A DNA stretch of 64,000 nucleotides from Octopus bimaculoides (taxonomy: Eukaryota): NCBI RefSeq assembly GCF_001194135.2, contig NC_068981.1:47436799-47500798 (forward strand), in the 5' to 3' direction. The position numbers and the translations under genes were made by a program. Positions 1-12,085 of this stretch are shown here, in pieces. The notes under the pieces are model-generated. The model was not told the origin of the DNA. It saw only the letters and a program-made list of their open reading frames with translations, and did not search any database. The first letter of the stretch is position 1, and every line of letters starts with the position of its first letter.

Positions 1-1100
1 ATGTGACATATAGAAGAATGAACAAATCTTTGGATCAAATATGCATGAACAAGTTAAATATGTCTAGAAGCAAACATTAATATCAAAAGAATAATATCAC
101 TCATTGCAAGAGACATACTAGATGTGCTAATGATAATAACATCTAGGAGTATTTAATCAACTGTAAGGGAACTGAAATAGAGGAGACTAAACTGGAATCC
201 ATTAAACTGATTCGCTGTAAGCAGCTGAAATATTTAAATAAAAATGAGGCATTTCTAGAAAAAAATATACATAAAGGTTACACAGCCATATTTTTAATTC
301 TGTTTAAGTATCCAACTTCTTAGGTATAGTATAATTTAATCTACAGCGTAGCTCTGATAAGTTTGAGGCATCAGCAAAATGAAATAAATTTCTATTAGTG
401 AACAAGACCTACACCAAAAACACAAAGAAAATATTCAACACAAAATGGAATCCCACTGCTTGGTTAGTACAGATTGCATCTACATAAAAAGGAAAGCATG
501 CTTTCAATTAAAAAATAATACCATTTAAGCTATTACACGTTGAACGCATCAGAGAAAATCAAAAGGAATCTACCTGCAACAAGAAAAAGAAATCGGAATA
601 ATTTTTTTATTGTTTTATGCACCCGTGCTCCTTCCAGGGAAATTTGGTAGTTAAATCAATAAAAGAAAATACATAAGTATAAAAGGGAACAACTGGGATC
701 CCACCCGCATCAATAACAATTTAAATCTACTAGGAAGGCATTTGGAACGACTCCATTACGTACTCTATAAAAGTACATAGGATAAGATATAAAATTGAAG
801 AAATGTATAATAATAACAGTGCTGTCGTGATCCACCATCAGCAGCAAAGAATCTCCTAAAATATTAGGTAGCGAGAACAACGCTAATGCAGATAATATTA
901 CGAAGTAAGATAATACTGATTAAATCAAAATAACTGCTTATATAACAATAACATTTAATGAAATAGTAAGTACACATCAATTAGGAGTTATCTACATTTT
1001 GGAAGGAAAATGTGTTAATATCTCAAACAACATATAACGCGCACTCTAAAATATCGTCTATAACTTAGCAATCAATCTAGAAATAACACATATCTATACT
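1..1100 (+). mobile_element. Possible heavily decayed Penelope-like (RT + GIY-YIG) remnant
   Basis: GGAGTTATCTACATT (GVIYI) at ~984-998 and ACGCGCACTCTAAAATATCGTCTA (TRTLKYRL) at ~1037-1060 resemble the GIY-YIG G(V/I)IY...T.R.LK.R pattern. The frame is broken and support is weak. Confidence 0.25.
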
Positions 1101-1171
1101 TTAGAAATAGATTATTAACATGCTTAATAATCCTTTCTACTATAGTCACATAGCTTGACATTTTGAGGAAA

Positions 1172-1344
1172 TGGACTAGTCGATTATATCGACCCCAGTT
1201 TTCACTGGTGCTTGATTTATCGACCCCGAAATTGATGAAAGGCAAAGTCTACATCGGCGGAATTTGAACTCAGAAGACAGTGACGGGCGAAATACAGCTA
1301 AGAATTTCGTCCAAAGCGCTAACGATTTTGCCAGCTCACCGCCT
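1172..1344 (-). mobile_element. tRNA-type SINE, family A
   Basis: Reverse complement aligns to the full copy at 41297-41513 (GGCGGTGAGCTGGCAAAATCGTTAGC...GAGTTCAAATTCCGCCGA...GGGGTCGATAAATCAAG). Confidence 0.85.
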
Positions 1345-2289
1345 TATTAACCTGGATAATAATAGCCTAATATTATGGAAAATATGTATAGCAATAAAGG
1401 AAAGCTGCCCTGTGAAGCTAGCTTTCAAAGACGACAATAAATAGAGGCAAAAAAAAATTATTTAGGTTTGCATTCAATATCACGTATGTGAAATTATATT
1501 TTAGCACAAACAGTATGAATTGGTTTCTTCAGAAACCGGTAAAATTTAAACGTTTTGTTTTCCAAAGATTTCCAGTTAACTTCACTCTCCATTTATTTTG
1601 CTGAATCAGAATTTAGAAAGTAGACCCATAATTGCTGTTATACTTGCTTGTTTTGGCTTATTTTTGTCAGTATATAAGAATTTGCAGCATGCTGAATGAG
1701 AAAATGAGAAAGAGAATCCGAAGGAAGATTTAGATTGAAAATGAAATATATCTATGCTACTTAATAGAATAGATAACAAAATAGAAATAAATACACTAGA
1801 TGCTACAGCTATAAACATAATAATGCAATTGTATAGTGAATTGCAGATTGTAAACATAAAAATTACGGAAAACATCTAACATTATCCCGAAAGTTCTACC
1901 CCCAGCTGGATTTGCAAGAATAATTTACCCTTTGCAGAGAAAACGTGGGATCTTGTAGAAATAGAAAGAAATAATACAACTAAAAATACTGAATACTACA
2001 GCAGATTATCTAGCAACAAACATATATGATTTACTCTTATAAAATTGCATAGAGAAAGACAAAAATATACTTAAAAAAATCAATGCAATTGGTAACTTGG
2101 GACTAAACACAGTGCAGAAAATATTAGATCGAGGACAAAATATAAAATACAGAAATCAAAATGACTGAACTCAAGTAAAATTATAAAACACATTATAGAC
2201 ACGATGAAAGAAACAGATATACACCGTAAACATTACATCGCAAAATATGACAGATAAACTTATAAGAGTAAACACCAACTATCATTTAA

Positions 2290-2470
2290 GCATTTGCAGG
2301 TCTGATTTTACCTGCACAAGAGAAATGATTAGACAATGATAATTTCAAAACAAAATGAGGAAAAACGCTGTAACTAGCCAGTGCAGTTTACACAAACATC
2401 CAATGATGGTAATGATGCCATAATTTCCGCTAACACACTGTTTCATAAATCTGAAAATGGCTTGTAGTTA
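2290..2470 (+). mobile_element. Old R4/Dong-type LINE fragment (pre-zinc-finger region)
   Basis: GGTCTGATTTTACCTGCACAAGAG reads GLILPAQE, matching the G(F/L)IxAAQ(D/E)Q motif in the copies at ~5150 and ~37890. Confidence 0.35.
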
Positions 2471-2709
2471 TATGGAACCATGAATGTTTCACAGCTTATA
2501 ATGCGTATGAACTACAAATTATGTTGAGACACTAAATTATACAGCAGCATTCACACGTAATAAGGAATCGTCAGCAATACTTATCAGAAGAAACAATCGA
2601 TAATGTAACAGATATGATAAAGTAAACAACCACAATTATTGTTGATTTTATATTTCATTAATGTTACATTACTTCAAGTAATACAGAAAAATTCCTAGAA
2701 AATATGAAT

Positions 2710-2715
<6 letters not shown>

Positions 2716-2760
<45 letters not shown>
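2716..2760 (+). repeat. (AAT)n microsatellite
   Basis: About 15 perfect AAT units directly upstream of a LINE 3' stub. Confidence 0.95.
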
Positions 2761-2761
<1 letters not shown>

Positions 2762-2852
2762 GCCTGCCAACGTATACAGTACATTTCTCTGCCCTAGGTG
2801 TTAGAAAGACACTCGGCAAGAAATGGAAACAGAATGAAAGATGTTAATGAAA
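2761..2852 (+). mobile_element. Extremely 5'-truncated 3'-UTR stub of R4/Dong subfamily 3
   Basis: GGCCTGCCAAC...TCTCTGCCCTAGGTGTTAGAAAGACACTCGGCAAGAAATGGA aligns to 6817-6910 and to the minus-strand end at 31820-31895. AAT tracts lie on both sides. Confidence 0.7.
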
Positions 2853-2959
2853 ATAATGATAATAATAATATTGATAAAAGTAATAATAATATCCATAGTA
2901 ACAACACCAACAATAATATTAATGATTATAGTAAGAATAATTATAATAATAATTATAGA

Positions 2960-3895
2960 TAAATACTGAAACAGAGCTCAATGCGTAATATAGTCTAATA
3001 GGCATCAACACACTAACCATCCCAGTTATAAGTTACAGCTACAGTACTCTAAATGCAGTAATCAAAATGGACGTGCAAACAAGAAAAGTAGTAACAGGAA
3101 TTATGATGCACCACTTAAAATATGACATATATTCAACGTATCGAATGTGGTAAAGGCATTATACAGCTAGAAAACTATTACAAAATAATCTGAATCATGG
3201 AAAACTAATACAAATAGCCACAAAACAGAACAAAACAAAAAAATGTCATACTTCTAGGAAGTTAACAATTACACACGAAAAAAAGAAAAAAAATGCCATA
3301 GTTCCAACCAACTATGAAGGTTAAAAGAAACAACAAAAGTTGTAAAACAACTAAACTCCAAAATAAAATTGGAACAGCAACGGATCGTGATAAAACGATG
3401 GCAAGAAATCATGGCAAATACTTGGTTAAGCTAAGCAGAAAAAAAAAAACAATAAAATAAGGAAAATCCAAGCAAAGGCTGAGAAGATCAGGACTTAAAA
3501 CAGAGACTGAGGGATTTTTGATTACAACAAAATATCAAAGCCTTCGCACCCGAAATCACGAAAAGCACATTGTGAAAAGAAATACAAGTAACTGCAGAAT
3601 GTGTTGTGATGGAGAAGAAACAATAAATCATATTGCCCCTGGCTGCCAGTTCGGATCTATGTACACCGGAAGCTATACCAAAACTATGGAATAACGACGG
3701 AGAAAAGGCTACAGAAAATGAGAAAGCAACCATACTCTGGGATATGCCAATGCATACAGAGAAATTAAGGTCAATACGCCGGATACACATATCAGAGATC
3801 ATATAAAAGACAATGAAAATAAAAGCACCACAACAAGCCACAGCACATACCCATGGCACACAGAGCTGCGCTCTGTAGAGCAGTGAAAGTATATT
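2960..3895 (+). mobile_element. Decayed R4/Dong-type RLE LINE, subfamily 1 (3' half, internally deleted)
   Basis: Colinear with 37230-38620 (ACAGAGCTCAATGC...CCCAGTTATAAGTTACAGCTAC; GCAACCATACTCTGGGATATGCCAAT). Shares the 3' UTR CATACCCA(T/A)GGCACACAGAGCTGCGCTC. Confidence 0.85.
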
Positions 3896-3907
3896 ATTTT
3901 TTTATGA

Positions 3908-4203
3908 CCTTTTAACGCCTAGCCATGCTCATGGGCCCGGTTCCCCGGTTTCTTTGGCGTTTGTGTTCTCCCACAGCTGGACGGGACGCCAGTCCATCAC
4001 AGCGTCACTCAAGAAACATGAAGAAATAGTGAGAGAAAGCTGGAGCGAAAGAGTACAACAGGGGTCGACACCACCCCCTGCTGGAGCCTCGTGGTGCTTT
4101 ATCTGTTTTCGCTCATTAAACAACCACAACGCCCGGTCTGGGAATCGAAACCGCAATCGTCCGATCGCTAGTCCGCTGCCCTAACCACTGGGCCCTTGCG
4201 CAT
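3908..4203 (-). mobile_element. tRNA-type SINE, family C (variant with a longer middle)
   Basis: Minus strand reads GCGCAAGGGCCCAGTGGTTAGGG (A-box-like)...GGTTTCGATTCCC (B-box-like)...GCTGTGATGGACTGGCGTCCCGTCCAGCTG...AACCGGGCCCATGAGC. Head and tail are shared with the adjacent copy. Confidence 0.85.
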
Positions 4204-4209
4204 CTACTT

Positions 4210-4498
4210 GCGCCCATTAAAGCTTAGCCAGGCTCATGGGCCCGGTTTCCCGGTTTCAATGGCGTATGCATTCTCCAGCTGGACGGGACGCCAGTTCATC
4301 GCAGCGTTACTCATTTTTGCCAGCTGAGTGGACTGGAGCATCGTGAAATGAAGTGTTTTGCTCAAGAACACAACGCGTCACCCGGTCCAGGAATCGTAAC
4401 CACTGTCTTACGATCATGACACCCTTACGATCATGACACTCTTATGATCATGACACCCTTACGATCATGACACCCTAACCACTAAGCCACGCGCATCC
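4210..4498 (-). mobile_element. tRNA-type SINE, family C, with an internal 4 x 17-bp tandem repeat
   Basis: Minus strand reads GCGCGTGGCTTAGTGGTTAGGG...GGTTACGATTCCTGGACCGGG...GCGATGAACTGGCGTCCCGTCCAGCTGG. CTTACGATCATGACACC occurs four times at 4407-4474. Confidence 0.85.
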
Positions 4499-4499
4499 A

Positions 4500-5760
4500 C
4501 AATACAGTGAAAGTACGGAAAGAGAATGCAACACCCGGATGATGGGTACAAGTAACTTGAAATCCTGGAGCTGTTGAATATCTTGCACAAAGAAATGAAA
4601 TACAACGTCATCACTGCATATATCAAGCGCTTCAGACGTCTCTTGAGATCAAAGCTGAACTCAAGGAACATCGTAACTGCCATGAACATATGTGCTGTTG
4701 TTGTAGATCCGCTATAGTGTGCTCATCCTGAGATGAACACAAACGGAGACTGACCAAATCGATCGAACTAACCGAACGACAATGACAATGCACGGTGCCC
4801 TCCACCCTAAGGCAAATGTACACAGGTTATACATGAAAAGACGTAAGGGTGGAAGTGGGCTGAATAGCGTACTGGCGTGCATCGACAATAAAAAAAGAAA
4901 CAGGGCAGAATATTTGATAAACAGCGAAGAAGACCTGCTAGAGTCGCTGCTAGTACAGAAGAAGTTCACAAAAATGAACTTGAGATTGGCCAGGAATTCC
5001 GAACAAGAACAGCCAACGAGTGGGAAAACCCTGCTCCGTCTGGAATTACATGGTCAGTTCCACCGTAAAACCAACAAATTCAAAGACCAAGGAGCATCGT
5101 GGATGTGGCTCTATAAGGGGAACTTAGAGATAAATACTGAAAGCCTAATTATCGTGACGCAGGATGAGACATTGAATACTAACACAGTGAGAAAGAATAT
5201 ATACTACACAAATGCATCGGACCTCTGCAGAATGTGTGGGAACAGGGTCGAATGCGTGACTCACGTTGTCTTTCGCATACAGAGTACAAGCGTAGACACA
5301 ACAAGGTAGCCCACAACATCCATTGACTACTACGCTGTAAGTATGTGTATGAGGTTACGGGTACTCGGTGCCAACATACGGTTGAAAAGGTAATGGACGA
5401 AAAAGGAAGGCAAAAATCCTCTGGGACATTGATTTCCTCGCAGACAGAGTGTTAGAGCACCAAAGATCAGATATAGTAACCTTTAGGAGGGAGAATCAAC
5501 AGCGCCTAATAATCGACGTAGCAATTCCAGGAGATCAGAATATCATAATGAATGAATAAGAAAAAGGTGAAAAATATGTAGACCTGACAATTGATATCGC
5601 TAAAATGTGGCAGCTACAACAGTTGAATATAAAGTTTATCCCTATTGTCATCGGAGCATTGGGTTCAATACCACACTCAATCTTAAATAACATCCGTAAA
5701 CCTTAGAGATACCATACAATCTAGATGTATTGCAGCAGTCGGCATTACCTGGAAATTCAC
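4500..5760 (+). mobile_element. Decayed R4/Dong-type RLE LINE, subfamily 2 (RT thumb to RLE)
   Basis: ORF 4782-5309 contains HGALHPKANVHRLYMKRRKGGSGL, LHGQF and CRMCGNRVECVTHV. Downstream RLE motifs (WDIDFLADRVLEH, AIPGDQNI, IPIVIGALG) are broken by stops and frameshifts. Homologous to 32430-34320. Confidence 0.9.
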
Positions 5761-5769
5761 GCTTCATTT

Positions 5770-6913
5770 TGTTATGCAGGGGAGCAAAATTTGTCAATTA
5801 AGTTTATGCTTAATACCCAAGCTGAAGAGCATCACTGGAGTGTGGAAACTATAGTTGCAAATAAGGTGAAATCAATAGCAAAGCAAAATACGTTTGAATA
5901 ATTGGCTGACAGGTGAAAATAAAATGTTCTGTAAGGCAAATATATGGTCCGCAGCAAACAAGCTAATGAAGACGAGCAGAACACATATCAGCGGCTTCGG
6001 ATCTCAGGGCTAAAGACAAACAGTGAAGGCTTTATCTCAGCTGCTCATTGACCCAGAAAAGTGGCTGTTTAGTGGTCCAGAATTATCAAGCCAATATGAT
6101 GAAAAATGGTATCGATGCAAACTGCCGATACGGCAACGATGGGATTGAAACAGTGGATCATCTAATCTATGGGCGTAACATTTTAACACCTGTAGAGAAT
6201 AAATCAGATCATGACAGAGTTGGCTAATATCTCCATTGGATAATGAGTCAGCATTATAAAATCGAAACTGCATACAAATGGTACAAGTCCCATCCTGAGG
6301 ATGTAACTTAGGGACAAAATGTTACGATCATATGGGACTTCCTTGTATGTACAGATCGGACCACCAAAGCAATTAAACCAGATATTGTTGTGAAAGACCA
6401 AAACAATAGCGTCTCTTAAATGACTGACACGAGCATACACAGTAATCAGAATATCTAGGCAAAAAAAAATTGAGAAGCTCAGAAAATTATAAGATTTGAT
6501 CATCATAATCGAAAACATGTGGCATCTCAAGACGATTACCATACCAGTGATTGTAGGAGAACTTGGAATGGTGTAACTGAATATTATTTGCCAATGACTC
6601 CTGGCTTTCAATCCATGCAGAAAGTGCTAAAAAGTTTCTTAACTGGTATATCACATCTAGTGAAAAGTGCATTGTTGTGAATTTTCTTTAATTTTAATCC
6701 TTCAGTTTCTTTGTTGACTCCTTGTTTTTCATTTTTCCTCTTTACGCCTGCATTTCTACCCTTTTTTCTCTATCACATGACTTTGTAAATGAACAATCTT
6801 TTGTGTCTATTTCAACGGCCTACCAATATATACAATGTGTTTCTCTGCTCTAGATGTATGGAAGACACTTGGCAAGAAATGGAGACGTAAGTGGAAAATG
6901 ATGATAATGAAAC

Positions 6914-6944
<31 letters not shown>

Positions 6945-6947
6945 TAC

Positions 6948-6983
<36 letters not shown>
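5770..6983 (+). mobile_element. Decayed R4/Dong-type RLE LINE, subfamily 3, with 3' UTR and (AAT)n tail
   Basis: Motifs SEGFISAA, HDRVG.YLHW, IWDFLVCTDRTTKAIKPDIVVKD and MWHLKTITIPVIVG. The T-rich 3' UTR ends in (AAT)n at 6915-6983. Confidence 0.85.
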
Positions 6984-6984
<1 letters not shown>

Positions 6985-7097
6985 GGAGCAAAGAAAGAAG
7001 AGTGACATTGTTATCAAGTGAACATCTCTTTCTTTGCTTCTATACTTTCTGGAGGAGTAACCTGAATACTATAAATAGTATCATTATGAATGATGTC

Positions 7098-7141
<44 letters not shown>

Positions 7142-7544
7142 TACACACTATCTAAAAAATATTCCTGCTTCCAACTGTCTACATCTTACACAATACATCA
7201 TGATTTCAATAATACAAACCAAACAATACAATTTACACACCGAAGACATATTCTATAAATCAAATATCCAATAAAATAAACTTCAGGACAGGCTGTTTAC
7301 CCAACACTTTACACACGCAACACACAATACAAATTCTTATACAACAAATGATTTCCCAATACACAAAATCAAAACAAGCTGACACAATACAATACCATGA
7401 AAAGCGGTGCGATCGCCAATAACTAAAATGAACAATTAATGCTGCACCCCAGCTATGCAGAGGTGTAGCAGGCGATGCAATAGAAATCTGCCTGAAACTG
7501 CCCAATTTTCGAAAATAGCAATAACGACAATAATAATAATAATA

Positions 7545-8165
7545 GCAATATAACATTCTACAGAGAAACAGGGAAGTAGAAAATAACTGTTAAAACCCAC
7601 CTCCCATTGAAAAGTAGAAAAAATCTGGAAAAAATATCTGTAGTGATGAACAGACTTACAATGAAACTGCAGAATGGATTAGACTCACAGAAGGATCCTA
7701 CCAAATCTTAGCAGAGCAATTATGGGAAGACATCATAATAGCAGACAAAAGGATGACACTCACGAATGCTCATACGTGAAAATCATTTGGTAATGAGAGT
7801 GAGCCAAATTTTCAGATCGCATCGCTCCCGTGCGCACACGAAAAGTTAGTCCACATATTCAATAAAATTATGAGAGATCGTACGGAAAAACGCGACTGTA
7901 TATCAAGAGGCTTTCCTTACTTACTCCCGTAAAATAATGAAACTAAATTTCCCCTAAACTATCGACGCATAACATCTCTACCACCTAAACATTTTTAACG
8001 TATATCCTTGGGAGAAAATGTACAAATTTATGGAACAGAACGATATTTTCCCCACTGAACGAAAGGAGTGCCAACGTAGTCCATATGTATGCAAACACCA
8101 ACATTTAATCAGTCGCATGAACCTCGAGAACTGTCGTAATAAATGCAGGAATCTCAGCTCCGCAC
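7545..8165 (+). mobile_element. R4/Dong-type LINE, N-terminal RT fragment
   Basis: Reads FYRETGK...PPIEK...NETAEWI...NYRRIT, then ORF 8018 MYKFMEQNDIFPTERKECQRSPYVCKHQ.LI, paralleling QKGCCKCSYGCKDQLMI at 36510. Preceded by an AAT tract and ends at (CA)n. Confidence 0.75.
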
Positions 8166-8789
8166 GATCACACACACACACACACACACACATTTTAAAA
8201 TTACATCAACATTTTCTGATTCGTTATACTGAAATAACTTTCCTCGTTAAATTCGATTTTCAATTTGTTCCAGACATATTTCGGCAATTGTTACTAAGTT
8301 CTAACGTTTAATCAATTTTGCCTAATCGGGATACAAAACTTAGAAGTTGGCCTTTTCTAAATGGTAGCTGTCTATCACCAAATGAATGGAAGATCATTAC
8401 GAAGTGGAATATTTATTAAACAAACGAAAGCAAAACCTTACGACGACCAAAATTGTAAAAACGTCTGCTGTTCTAATCAGTTTTAATGAATAAGGTGATG
8501 TGAGACGACCAAACAAACACGCAAATAATTTTAAAAAAGAAAACTCCTAAACGAAATCTTTTGCGAAAAATTGCAAACATCTGTTCTTTGAGCTGCTGTT
8601 AATCGATCCAGAAGACAGCATTGTTGGGTTCAGTTGGCATTCTAAGGAGATTATTGCCTCTTTAAGAAACAGAGGAAGGCACGACTTGGAACCATTGGTG
8701 ATTTGTTAATGCTTGTTTTAAATAAAGACAAACTAGTAATTAAGAAATATCCAAAAGAGTCCTTCATAAGAACAATAATAATAATAATG

Positions 8790-9840
8790 TTTTTTTTTCC
8801 TCTGTCATATCTTCAACATACCAATGATATTGTCAATCAATACTTTTCTTTATGTACCTATTCTCAAGTCTTTGTACAGTGCTTTATATTTTCAATCTTC
8901 CATCCTGCACAAGCTTGACCTGCTTACTTCCAATAATAGTGGTTCTGTAGCATTTTATACATACCATGCTATGTTGTTTTCATCTGCTCTAATGCTGCAT
9001 TTACATCAAATAAGTCCTCGTTTCCCCACTTTTTTTCTTGGTACTTACTGTCTGCCTGTGTCAACTTTTGGGTGAAGCATCCTATATCTACTTAACAACT
9101 TCCTTGTCTTTTTGTCTAAGCTGTTTAGTTCGTCTATTGTCCATATGATTACCCCTGCGCCATACCTAAGGAGTGAAATTGCCCAGGTGTTGATTGCTTC
9201 AATCTTATCCGATCTGTTTAATTTCAAGATACGAATCAATCTTAGTTTGCGCAAGTACTCCACCTTAAAATTTTCTCACATTTCTTTTTTCATTAATTCA
9301 TCAATTTCTAATATCCACGAAGTACTTATAGCCAGTCTCAATAATCTGCTTGATAACCTCCCCCAACGGTATCGCTAGCCCGCCCATACATTTAATTTGC
9401 CCTCTCTTTAAGTCTTACAGATCACACATTTTTTGTCCGAACTCTATTCTGATATCAGCACTGAAAATATATCTAGTGTCAAAGAGGATCTGACCCGGGA
9501 TTCATCTTTGCCATAAAGTTTGAGGTCGTCCATGAATAACAAGTGGTTGATATTTTCTTGGCGGCTCTTGAATACACACCTAAATGTTGCTATACACTCC
9601 ATATTTTTATTGCCCCAAGAAATCGCTCAACATCCGATGCAATACCAAACAGGTTCATACATTCCATAATCCAAGAATGTGGGATTATATCGTACACCTT
9701 ACGATAATCGATCCATGATATGGCTAAGTTAGTTTTCCACCTCTTACAGTCTATAAGTACAGTTTCGTCTACGAGGAGTTTATTCTTGGTATCTCTGCAC
9801 TTACGCATGCATCTGTTCTGTTCATATGGAAGACCTCCGT
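8790..9840 (-). mobile_element. R4/Dong-type LINE RT fragment
   Basis: ORF 9590-9808 contains NLAISWIDYRKVYDIIPHSWI. NHLLFMDDLKLYGKDE lies at ~9505-9560. ORF 9045-9263 contains AINTWAISLLRYGAGVIIW...LHPK. Confidence 0.9.
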
Positions 9841-9939
9841 GACTTTGGTTGACTAAATGTTATTTAAACCGGAAATGGAGGTTCTAATCTGTGTTGTACA
9901 AGAGCAAGAATTAAGAAAAAAAAATACATCAAATACTGA

Positions 9940-10555
9940 ATAAACAAAACATCACGAAGTGATAATTGGGGAACGTGTATACCAGTCAATGTACACCACT
10001 ACCCCGTAAAGAATATAAGAGATGTCATGACATCATAGCAAGGATTGTCCATTGGACACTTTGCAACATGTATGGATTTGACAGAGCAAACAAGTGGTAC
10101 GATCATAAACCCGAAGACATCATCGAAAATGATAATGCAAAGATTCTATGATATTTTATGATTCAGTGCGACCATGAGATAGCGAATAGGAAACCAGACA
10201 TAATGTTAATTGAGAAAGAAAGCAAACGATACTGGATCATATATATAACATGCCTAGCGGACAACAACAAGTTATGCGACAAGGAACAAAAAAAAAATCG
10301 ATAGCTATGACAGGTTGGCTTGACAGGTTAAGCAGTTGTGGTTGCTGAAAAAGTAGTACCAACAATTGTCGGAGCCCTGGGAACAGTGAGTAAAAATCTT
10401 ACAACAAGAGTTGAGCACTTGCAGAAAACAGCACTGCTTGGAACTGCTCGAAAACTCCGGATGTTTCTCGAAAAATATGGTATGTTACCTTACTTCACTG
10501 GTAGTGAACAGCTGGCATAGTAGTACATCTTCAGTGTTTGAAGCTGTGCAAAGAC
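9940..10555 (+). mobile_element. R4/Dong-type LINE 3' fragment, subfamily 4 (zinc-finger end + RLE + 3' UTR)
   Basis: ORF 9966 contains EYKRCHDIIARIVHWTLC...KWYDHKPEDIIEND, followed by RKPDIMLIEK and VPTIVGALG...LQKTALLGTAR. The 3' UTR matches 62060-62135. Confidence 0.9.
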
Positions 10556-10593
10556 AACAACAACAATAATAATAATAAGAATAATAATAATAA

Positions 10594-10624
<31 letters not shown>

Positions 10625-10672
10625 AAGAAGAACAAGAACAAGAACAAAAACAAGAAGAACAAGAACAAGAAT
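10556..10672 (+). repeat. Compound microsatellite (AAC)-(AAT)-(AAG)-(AAGAAC)
   Basis: Read directly from sequence; lies between two same-strand LINE 3' fragments. Confidence 0.95.
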
Positions 10673-10674
10673 TG

Positions 10675-10960
10675 GGGAAGAAAGCAAACGATATTGGTTC
10701 ATAGATATATCATGCCCGACTGACAACAATGTATGCGATAAGAAAGACAGACAATTCGATAGATATGTCAGGGAAGCTTAGGAAGTGAAACAGTTGTGCT
10801 CGATGAAAAAGGTTGTAGTAGTATCAATAATTGTCGGAGCCCTGGGAACAGTGAGTAAAAATCTTGAGAAAGACATGGAACAAATACCGCTCGAATACTC
10901 TAGATTGTGCTCGAAAAATAACAAATTATTGGAGCTGAATGGTTCTGTAGCCTGAAGCAA
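10675..10960 (+). mobile_element. Second R4/Dong subfamily-4 3' fragment, tandem to the previous one
   Basis: CATGCCCGACTGACAACAATGTATGCGATAAG...ATAATTGTCGGAGCCCTGGGAACAGTGAGTAAAAATCTT duplicates 10245-10400 and 61800-61960. Confidence 0.85.
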
Positions 10961-11330
10961 ACAACTTCTTATCCTCACAAGAATCTTTTTATGGAGGACA
11001 ATCTCAGAAATGCAAGCAAAATGATGAGCAATTGGAAAGCAGAAAGACCGGATAGTGTACACGCATTTGGGATAACAAAATATGAAGTAAGTGCCATAAA
11101 TTGTCTGCAGAGCAACTTAATGCTTGACTGATTTAACAAGAGAAATTCCACGGTGGTTGATCAAAGGAAGAACTGAGTTTTACTTGAAGGATGTATCGAA
11201 AGGAATTGCTTCTGAAAATGACATGTTACTTTCTTTCCTTATACTGATGTGCAAGTTACAGTTAACATGTATTGCAGAAGAAATATACAAATTTCTTGAT
11301 GATCATATTTTACCAGTGGAATAAAATGTT
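10961..11330 (+). mobile_element. R4/Dong-type N-terminal RT fragment
   Basis: Reads MSNWKA..PDSVHAF, then ORF 11124 EIPRWLIKGRT...CIAEEIYKFLDDHILPVE. Confidence 0.7.
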
Positions 11331-11589
11331 TGTTATATTTTCTGTTTGGCTCACACTTTTCACTTCTTTAATTTTGTTCCAAATGTTTTGAAATCTCGCG
11401 TATTTGGATGCTAATTATGGAAATGAATTCATTTTGTCATACGTTACTAAACAAAATGTTAAAAGCTTTTAAACATTACAAATCTTCAATATTTATAGTG
11501 AATCGAAAACCAGAGACATATTGATGCCTGTTTTCATAGTAGAAAGCCAAGGCAGAATCTGCCTGCCTCTGCACAGCTGTTGATCACGA

Positions 11590-12085
11590 CAGCTATATTC
11601 GTGAAATATGTGCGGAGGAACTCACCCGCAACCTCGTTCATATTGACGGTTTTGAAATATTAAAGCGATACACAAAATTGCCTTATCAAGAAGTAAATGC
11701 AACTGAGGAATGGTGCTACCTGAGCCGTAGGTTTTCGAACAAGTACCTTGCGCGATCAGTCATGTTTTTCTTTTTGTGTTGTCATGTCGATATCACAACA
11801 CACAAGAGGAATGCATACGTCAGTCGATTCTTCAAGGAACCACCAGTTTCAGTGATGACTTGTGGCGGGCCTATTCTCAAGTTTCTGAAATTAGTGGGTA
11901 CAATTTTCGACATAGAACACTGAACCGCAGCATTGAGTATATATTTTATATTTCGCTAAACAAAATTTACTCAAGATCTTTCCTTTTTTCTATTGTTTAT
12001 ATGCTTCGCAAAATAAAACTTCGTACTTGGCACTGAAAAAATTATCAAGAGCCTAACTCGCCGCCGGCACGACGTTTGCTAGGCC
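11590..12085 (+). mobile_element. Merlin (IS1595/ISXO2-like) DNA transposon relic
   Basis: SRSKCN*GMVLPEP*VF resembles KRKYNRG...QWVF. ORF 11776 ILQGTTSFSDDLWRAYSQVSEISGYNFRHRTLNRS resembles GTTIxSDxWRAY...H.TVNHS. GC-rich end CCGCCGGCACGACGTTTGCTAGGCC at 12061-12085 may be the right TIR; no left TIR found. Confidence 0.75.

Noticed and set aside
4407-4474. CRISPR-like direct repeats
   Set aside because: No spacers, and it lies inside a eukaryotic SINE.
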